From: Candidatus Latescibacterota bacterium
Lineage (GTDB): Bacteria; Latescibacterota; UBA2968
Direction of reading: 5' to 3'
Assembly: GCA_965222605.1 (NCBI GenBank)
Contig: OZ244960.1
Coordinates: forward strand, 5,632,001-5,696,000
Length of the DNA: 64,000 nt
Within the stretch, counting starts at the first letter, position 1; each line of letters begins with the position of its first letter. A program made the translations under genes and the position numbers. Shown here piece by piece: positions 58,707-64,000 of the stretch. The notes under the pieces are model-generated. The model saw only the letters and a list, made by a program, of their open reading frames with translations, ran no database searches and had not been told where the DNA came from.

Positions 58707-60920
58707 ATGTCTGATGCAGAAGTGAAAAAGTTATATGGGAGTGCGACAGTGAGTCCATCGGAAGATGTGGTGGCCGGGTCCTATGGCACATGGACGCTGA
58801 CTTATACGGCAGGGGAAAAAGGGATTGCAAGAGGGGGAACGATTCGGATTTATACGGATGCGGATTCAGACCGCGCAACCCCTCAGATGGATGATCCCGC
58901 GGGGGCGGATTATTTGACGGTTGACGCGCCGAGAGAAGCGCGTGTGGGTGCGCTGGTGCAGAGTATGATGTCGCTTTCGCTGACTGTGAATGGCCGCGCT
59001 TTGGCAGCGGGAGAGCAGGTCTCGGTGACTTATGGCGATACAACAGGTGGGGGACCGGGGTTTCGGTCGCAGACCTTTGCCGAGGCGCAGCACTTTTCTT
59101 GGGTGGCTGTCGATGCTGGTGATGGCGAGGTTGCGATATTGCCCAATCCGCCATCTTTGCGCGTTGTGGGGGGCGAGGCTGTGAAGCTGGTGATCAATGC
59201 GCCGTCCATTGTCGTGTCTGGCAAACCGTTTCGCATTCAGGTCAAGGCCGAAGATGCATGGGGCAATCCGTCGGTCGCGTATCGCGGGGATGTGGCCCTG
59301 AACGGCAATGATGTGCGCGTGCCGCAAACCGTAAGCTTTGGCGATGCAGACGGGGGCGTGCGGTGGGTGGATGAGTGTGTGGTAGAGCGCGGGGGTGTTC
59401 ACCGTATCGATGCCGATGACGGTACACTGGTCGCGCAGAGCAATCCGATTGCGTGCCGCAATACAGCACCGCAATTCGCGCTTTACTGGGGAGACTCACA
59501 CGGCGGTCAGGTGGCTATGGCGGAGAAGATTCCCGATTTTTTCAGGTACGCGCGAGATGTTGCAGCCATTCACTTTGCCGGGTACCAGCGCAACGATCAC
59601 GTTTTGAGCAAAAGCGATTGGGTGTTGCAGCAAGAGACGGAACGCGCGTATAATCAGCCGGGGCAATTTGTCGCTTTGCCGGGCTTTGAGTGGTCGGCAC
59701 AAACCACGCGGGGCGGGCATCACAACGTGTATTTTCGGCGGCACGATCAACCGATTCGTCGATCTGGACATGAGGGCTTGGCTGACAAGTCGGACGAAGA
59801 TACGGATTTGAGGCATATTACAGAGGTTTATGAAGCGTATCGCGGGACGGATACGGTGATTACGGCTCATGTGGGCGGCGAACATTCGGATTTGCAATAC
59901 CACGATCCCTATCTGGAACCCGCTGTGGAAGTGACATCGGATCACGGGACATTTGAGTGGATTTTGCAGGAGACATTTGAGCGCGATTATCGCATGGGAT
60001 TTTTCGGCGGGAGCGATAGCCATAATGGACGACCAGGTGGCGATACACCGGGTTTTCAGCATCGCCGTTATGCCAAGGCGGGATTGGCTGCGGTGTATGC
60101 GCCCGAGTTGACGATTGAGAGTGTTCTGGACGCGTACAAAGCGAGGCGCATTTACGCGACGACAGGTGCGCGGATTTTGCTGCATACTGCGTGCGAAGGC
60201 CATTGGATGGGGGAGGAGTTCACAACGAGAAATACACCGCAGATCTCGGCTTTTGTAGCGGGAACTGCGCCGTATGAATCGATGGAATTGTACCGTGGGT
60301 TGGAACGGATTTACAGCCATCCGATTGAAGGAAAAAAAGACCGCAATCGCGTGCGTATTTTGTGGGAGGGCGCGAGTCGCAAGAGCAGTTATTCCGGTGT
60401 GATCTGGGAGGGGACACTGAGGGTTTCGGGGCGCGCGATTAATGGCGTTGAAAAAATTCGGTTTGACAGCCCGCGTTCTCGCGTTTTTGATGTGACCGAT
60501 GAGGGGTTGCGCTGGTATTCGGTGACGTGTGGATATCGCAGTGGGATTATTCTGGACCTGCCGGGCGATGGCGATGTGGATATTGAATGCGTGGTGGATA
60601 CTTCGGTTATTACCGGTCCTTTATTTGGCGATCAGGGGATCAAGCCCCCGAGGCGCATGTCGCATGCGCCGGCTGAAAAGGTCGGATTTCACGTTGGGTC
60701 AAGCGATCTGGAAAACGGTGCGGTGACAATGGAATTGGGACCATTGAATCGGCGCGTGACAATCGACTACGCGCCTGAGGTACAACCAGCGGGTGAGGTG
60801 TCGTTCGATTTTACCGATGAAAACGCAAAGCCGGGCATCAATCCGTACTATGTTCGCGTGGTGCAAACCGATATGGAGATGGCCTGGAGCAGTCCAATTT
60901 TTGTAGATTACGCAGTGTAA
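58707..60920 (+). CDS. DUF3604-like PHP-fold metallohydrolase
   Basis: YWGDSHG, GFEWS..GGHHNV, GGSDSH, YATTGARI, MAWSSPIF; ATG 58707 with RBS. Confidence 0.78.
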   Translation: MSDAEVKKLYGSATVSPSEDVVAGSYGTWTLTYTAGEKGIARGGTIRIYTDADSDRATPQMDDPAGADYLTVDAPREARVGALVQSMMSLSLTVNGRALAAGEQVSVTYGDTTGGGPGFRSQTFAEAQHFSWVAVDAGDGEVAILPNPPSLRVVGGEAVKLVINAPSIVVSGKPFRIQVKAEDAWGNPSVAYRGDVALNGNDVRVPQTVSFGDADGGVRWVDECVVERGGVHRIDADDGTLVAQSNPIACRNTAPQFALYWGDSHGGQVAMAEKIPDFFRYARDVAAIHFAGYQRNDHVLSKSDWVLQQETERAYNQPGQFVALPGFEWSAQTTRGGHHNVYFRRHDQPIRRSGHEGLADKSDEDTDLRHITEVYEAYRGTDTVITAHVGGEHSDLQYHDPYLEPAVEVTSDHGTFEWILQETFERDYRMGFFGGSDSHNGRPGGDTPGFQHRRYAKAGLAAVYAPELTIESVLDAYKARRIYATTGARILLHTACEGHWMGEEFTTRNTPQISAFVAGTAPYESMELYRGLERIYSHPIEGKKDRNRVRILWEGASRKSSYSGVIWEGTLRVSGRAINGVEKIRFDSPRSRVFDVTDEGLRWYSVTCGYRSGIILDLPGDGDVDIECVVDTSVITGPLFGDQGIKPPRRMSHAPAEKVGFHVGSSDLENGAVTMELGPLNRRVTIDYAPEVQPAGEVSFDFTDENAKPGINPYYVRVVQTDMEMAWSSPIFVDYAV

Positions 60921-60931
60921 GGAGGGTTAAG

Positions 60932-61726
60932 ATGGATGTGACGCGCATTTCAGCGTGTAGTTTTCCGCTTCGGGAAAAGGATCTGGATTATACGTTCAAG
61001 GTGATTTCCGAAGCGGGGTTTGACAAAATTGATCTGGTGGGGCGCATGCCGCATTTTTCGGTGACTGATCCGGATTACGATATGGACGAACTGCGGCGGG
61101 TATGCGACAAATACGGCGTGGCGTTGGCAAATATCGGGTCGTATTGCGGGCGAGATTTTATCGCCGATTCGGAAGATGACAGGCAGGCGGCAATGGATGA
61201 TATGAAAAAGACGCTGGATATAGGGAAGGCGTTTGATTCAAAGTCCATTCGCATTATGCCGGGTGATGGCAAACGCGCTTCGATTGATACGCTGGTGCCC
61301 TATTTTCGCGAATCTGCGGAATACGCCGAGAAATTGGGTATTTATATGGGGATTGAGAACCACGGCACTGAAATTTCTGGCAATCCGGAGGCGTGTCGGG
61401 AGATTTGTGAGAAGGTCGATTCAAAGTATTTTGGGATTTTGTACGAGCCGTGCAATTTGATGGCTGCGGGTGCAGATTACAAGTCCGCTTTTGATGTGTT
61501 TAAGGATTATATCGTGCATGTGCATATCAAGGATGGCGATTACAACTCGGAAGGGAAGTGGGAGCGCTGCATGCTCGGTGACGGTATTATCGATTATCAC
61601 TGGGTGTGGGATCAGGTGGAAGCACTGGGCTACGATCGCGATTATGCACTGGAGTTTGAGGTGGGCGATATCGAACCCGTTGAGACGGGTTATCGGAAGT
61701 GGTATGAGACTTGGGAGAAGGGGTGA
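60932..61726 (+). CDS. sugar phosphate isomerase/epimerase
   Basis: IENHG, HVHIKD, ALEFE. Confidence 0.85.
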   Translation: MDVTRISACSFPLREKDLDYTFKVISEAGFDKIDLVGRMPHFSVTDPDYDMDELRRVCDKYGVALANIGSYCGRDFIADSEDDRQAAMDDMKKTLDIGKAFDSKSIRIMPGDGKRASIDTLVPYFRESAEYAEKLGIYMGIENHGTEISGNPEACREICEKVDSKYFGILYEPCNLMAAGADYKSAFDVFKDYIVHVHIKDGDYNSEGKWERCMLGDGIIDYHWVWDQVEALGYDRDYALEFEVGDIEPVETGYRKWYETWEKG

Positions 61727-61795
61727 GAATTAAAAATTAAGGAACGGCGTACAACTGCGTAGCAGTTCATTAGGAGCAGGGGGCTGACCGCTGTT

Positions 61796-62470
61796 TCACA
61801 ATATCGAAATTGCGGCGTCGAGGCGGGGGAATATGCGGTCGGCTGTATCGTGGTTTTGATGTGCGGTAAAGAAATTGGGGATGGCGAAGACTGTCATGCC
61901 AGCGGCTTTTCCAGATTGTACGCCAGCCTCGCTGTCTTCAAATACAACACAGGTTTCGGGCAGGACATTGAGTTTTGAGGCGGTTTTGAGGTAGATTTCC
62001 GGATCGGGTTTGGTGCGGATGACATCGCTGCCCGAAAAAATGGCTCCAAAAATGTCGTGGAGCGCGTTGGCATTTATGTGGGGCAAGACGCCATTTTGAA
62101 GGGTCACGCGCATGCGCTGGCGCGGTGTGGATGATGCGATGCCGAGTTTGTAGTGTTTGTTTTGAAGGTGTGATAGCAGGTCGAGAAAGCCGGGCATGAG
62201 GTCGATTTGATCTGGGTCTGAGATCGCGGTTTCAAACCGGGTCATCCACGCTTCGTGGAAGTCTTCGGGGCGGATCGGCAAGTCGTAGCGTTTGACGGCA
62301 TCTGCGCTGTTGTTTTCCACGGGATGTCCAACACAGCGCACATAGCTCTCGCGCGGTATGTCAATCCCCAGTTCGTTGAGGGTCTGGTTATAGGTGTTAT
62401 AGTAAATATTTTCCGTATCGACAATCAGGCCGTCCATATCAAATATGACGGCCTGGTATGGTTTATACAT
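61796..62470 (-). CDS. HAD-IA family phosphatase
   Basis: DMDGLIVDT, KPDPEIY, FEDS. Confidence 0.9.
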   Translation of the reverse strand: MYKPYQAVIFDMDGLIVDTENIYYNTYNQTLNELGIDIPRESYVRCVGHPVENNSADAVKRYDLPIRPEDFHEAWMTRFETAISDPDQIDLMPGFLDLLSHLQNKHYKLGIASSTPRQRMRVTLQNGVLPHINANALHDIFGAIFSGSDVIRTKPDPEIYLKTASKLNVLPETCVVFEDSEAGVQSGKAAGMTVFAIPNFFTAHQNHDTADRIFPRLDAAISIL

Positions 62471-62523
62471 GGTTGCTCCACTTCTCGTGTGGTCATTGAA
62501 CTGGGATTGACACCTTTTCTGAT

Positions 62524-62853
62524 CTACTCAGGTGGATAAATCCGCACAGCCTGACCGAACCGAAGCTCTGATAGTATGCTCTCAAGTTCAGGCATTAACT
62601 TTAGCAAATCTTCGAGACGCTTGCTTGGAGCACGCAGGATCACCACTGATAGTTTGAACCTTTGAATAGATTGCTGGTCGGGGATATTGTTATCCATTGT
62701 CACGAGGACATCGAAATGCTCATGGGCAGCGTGCAGCAAAGCACCGTTTTTGAGTCCTTTCCAGCCTCGGTATTCGACCGTTTCGACATTCACCGTCTTT
62801 TGAAAATGAAATCTGAGCTGAATGGGTATATCCTCGTCAAGTAGTATTCGCAC
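62524..62853 (-). CDS. DUF5615 PIN-like toxin
   Basis: MRILLDEDIP..GWKGLKNGALL..VLVTMD. Confidence 0.82.
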   Translation of the reverse strand: MRILLDEDIPIQLRFHFQKTVNVETVEYRGWKGLKNGALLHAAHEHFDVLVTMDNNIPDQQSIQRFKLSVVILRAPSKRLEDLLKLMPELESILSELRFGQAVRIYPPE

Positions 62854-64000
62854 TTTGTGTTCCCAAGTGATCCAGAGCTTTGAATGAGACTTCGAGATAG
62901 GACTCGACCTGCCAACGTGTGACAGTGGGAAAATCCTTTAGAAATTCTCCAATGTCATAATCCCCTTTGAGATAATCCACGAGCGTGTCAACGGGAACCC
63001 GAGTGCCCGAAAATACTAGATCTCCGCTGTGAATTTCAGGATCACGCGAGACAACGCGCTCCAGATCGTTAGAACTGGGTGCAGGTTGGAGGTTATGAAA
63101 ATTGGAAAAATCCCGTGCAACTCGGATATGTTGCGGCGTCAGAACCGGAAAATCGTCTAAAACCTCAACTTCGGTCATTCCCCCGGCCAAGTATTCCAAT
63201 ATGTCATAGACGGTAATTCGGGTACCCTTGAAGCAGGGCTTGCCACTGCGAACACCTGGACGGATCTCAATGTAGTCTTCGAAGCTCATTTTGCGATACT
63301 TTGCGACATTTTCTTTTAGCCAATTCCAGTCTTCAGTCTGTGTAACTTTAACGTAGTCTTCGAAGCTCATTTTGCGATACTTTGCGGCATCGCGCATGAT
63401 GTGATACCTTGCAGCATTCACCTCTGGACTATTCCAGTCTTTAGACTGTGCGGTTTTATTGTGTCTGTACTTGCGTATCCTCTGGGAGAAGCCTGCGGCA
63501 TCCGCGAGGACGATCCACTTTTTGTCATTGGTGGCCACGACGTGGTCATTATCAGTTGCGTAGAGAAAGAAATCAATATCCCCACTATCGTTTTTTTGAG
63601 GCAAAAGCCCTTCCGTCATCAGGCGGATCAAGTAGTGTGTGTATATGTGGGAATAGCACTCTATCTTGGTAATAGCATCGGTTAATTTATTTACTTTTTC
63701 TTTAGTAACTACACTGAGATCATTTTTGTCCGCTTTGGCAAAGGCACGCATCTGGCAGGCGGATATAACTTGGGCAAACCACTCTCTCGACTTCATTCCG
63801 TAGAGGAACTTTTTCTTTTCCTCGCCTCGTAGTTTCGGCACAGACGAAGACCGCTTTTTTGGATCTTTTGAGTACCACTCTCGAAATCCCGAGATGTTCT
63901 CCTCCATCAGGGGGATGAGGGAATCCACCCATGATTGCTCCCACATATCGCGCCAGGTCGCTACAAGTGGTACATCCAAGCTTCGTCTGACAAGAGCCTC
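62837..64000 (-). CDS. fusion protein ending in two tandem DUF433 domains (5' end outside window)
   Basis: RSGKPCFKGTRITVYDIL and HSGDLVFSGTRVPVDTL; frame open to window end. Confidence 0.7.
   Translation of the reverse strand, partial: EALVRRSLDVPLVATWRDMWEQSWVDSLIPLMEENISGFREWYSKDPKKRSSSVPKLRGEEKKKFLYGMKSREWFAQVISACQMRAFAKADKNDLSVVTKEKVNKLTDAITKIECYSHIYTHYLIRLMTEGLLPQKNDSGDIDFFLYATDNDHVVATNDKKWIVLADAAGFSQRIRKYRHNKTAQSKDWNSPEVNAARYHIMRDAAKYRKMSFEDYVKVTQTEDWNWLKENVAKYRKMSFEDYIEIRPGVRSGKPCFKGTRITVYDILEYLAGGMTEVEVLDDFPVLTPQHIRVARDFSNFHNLQPAPSSNDLERVVSRDPEIHSGDLVFSGTRVPVDTLVDYLKGDYDIGEFLKDFPTVTRWQVESYLEVSFKALDHLGTQSANTT
63272..63386. repeat. 34-bp exact direct repeat, 81-bp period (AKYRKMSFEDY x2)
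   Basis: gtagtcttcgaagctcattttgcgatactttgcg at 63272-63305 and 63353-63386. Confidence 0.9.

Noticed and set aside
1-64000. CRISPR array, tRNA, rRNA, integron attC array, integrase
   Set aside because: No regularly spaced repeats, cloverleaf, attC-like repeated palindromes or tyrosine/serine recombinase motifs seen by eye.

Overview
A bacterial chromosomal window with conserved housekeeping genes (3' part of rpsA, mtaB, mutS, uppP, ogt) interleaved with accessory DNA. The accessory DNA comprises: (i) a defence/toxin-antitoxin cluster between the convergent mutS and PhyH-family genes, containing a 1358-aa nuclease-STAND-TPR protein (Avs-like), a TIR-domain protein, a RES/antitoxin remnant and an AAA-PD(D/E)xK protein; (ii) a minus-strand operon with a split corrinoid methyl-transfer module (MtaA/CmuA-like, corrinoid protein, RamA-like ASKHA activator, homocysteine S-methyltransferase); (iii) a ~19.5 kb catabolic island (sulfatases, sialidase-like, GH, DUF3604-like metallohydrolases, DegT aminotransferase, serine hydrolases) between two paralogous Gfo/Idh/MocA genes; (iv) an intact IS with 13-bp IRs and an 8-bp target duplication; and (v) several TA modules. 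The most striking sequence-level pattern is that four cargo blocks each sit directly behind an intact gene (mutS, PhyH, class A beta-lactamase-like, Gfo) and are followed by a diverged copy of that same gene's 3' end; where I counted, the differences are mostly synonymous. No integrase is visible in the window. No rRNA, tRNA or CRISPR array was seen. All family assignments are from motif recognition by eye, not database searches.
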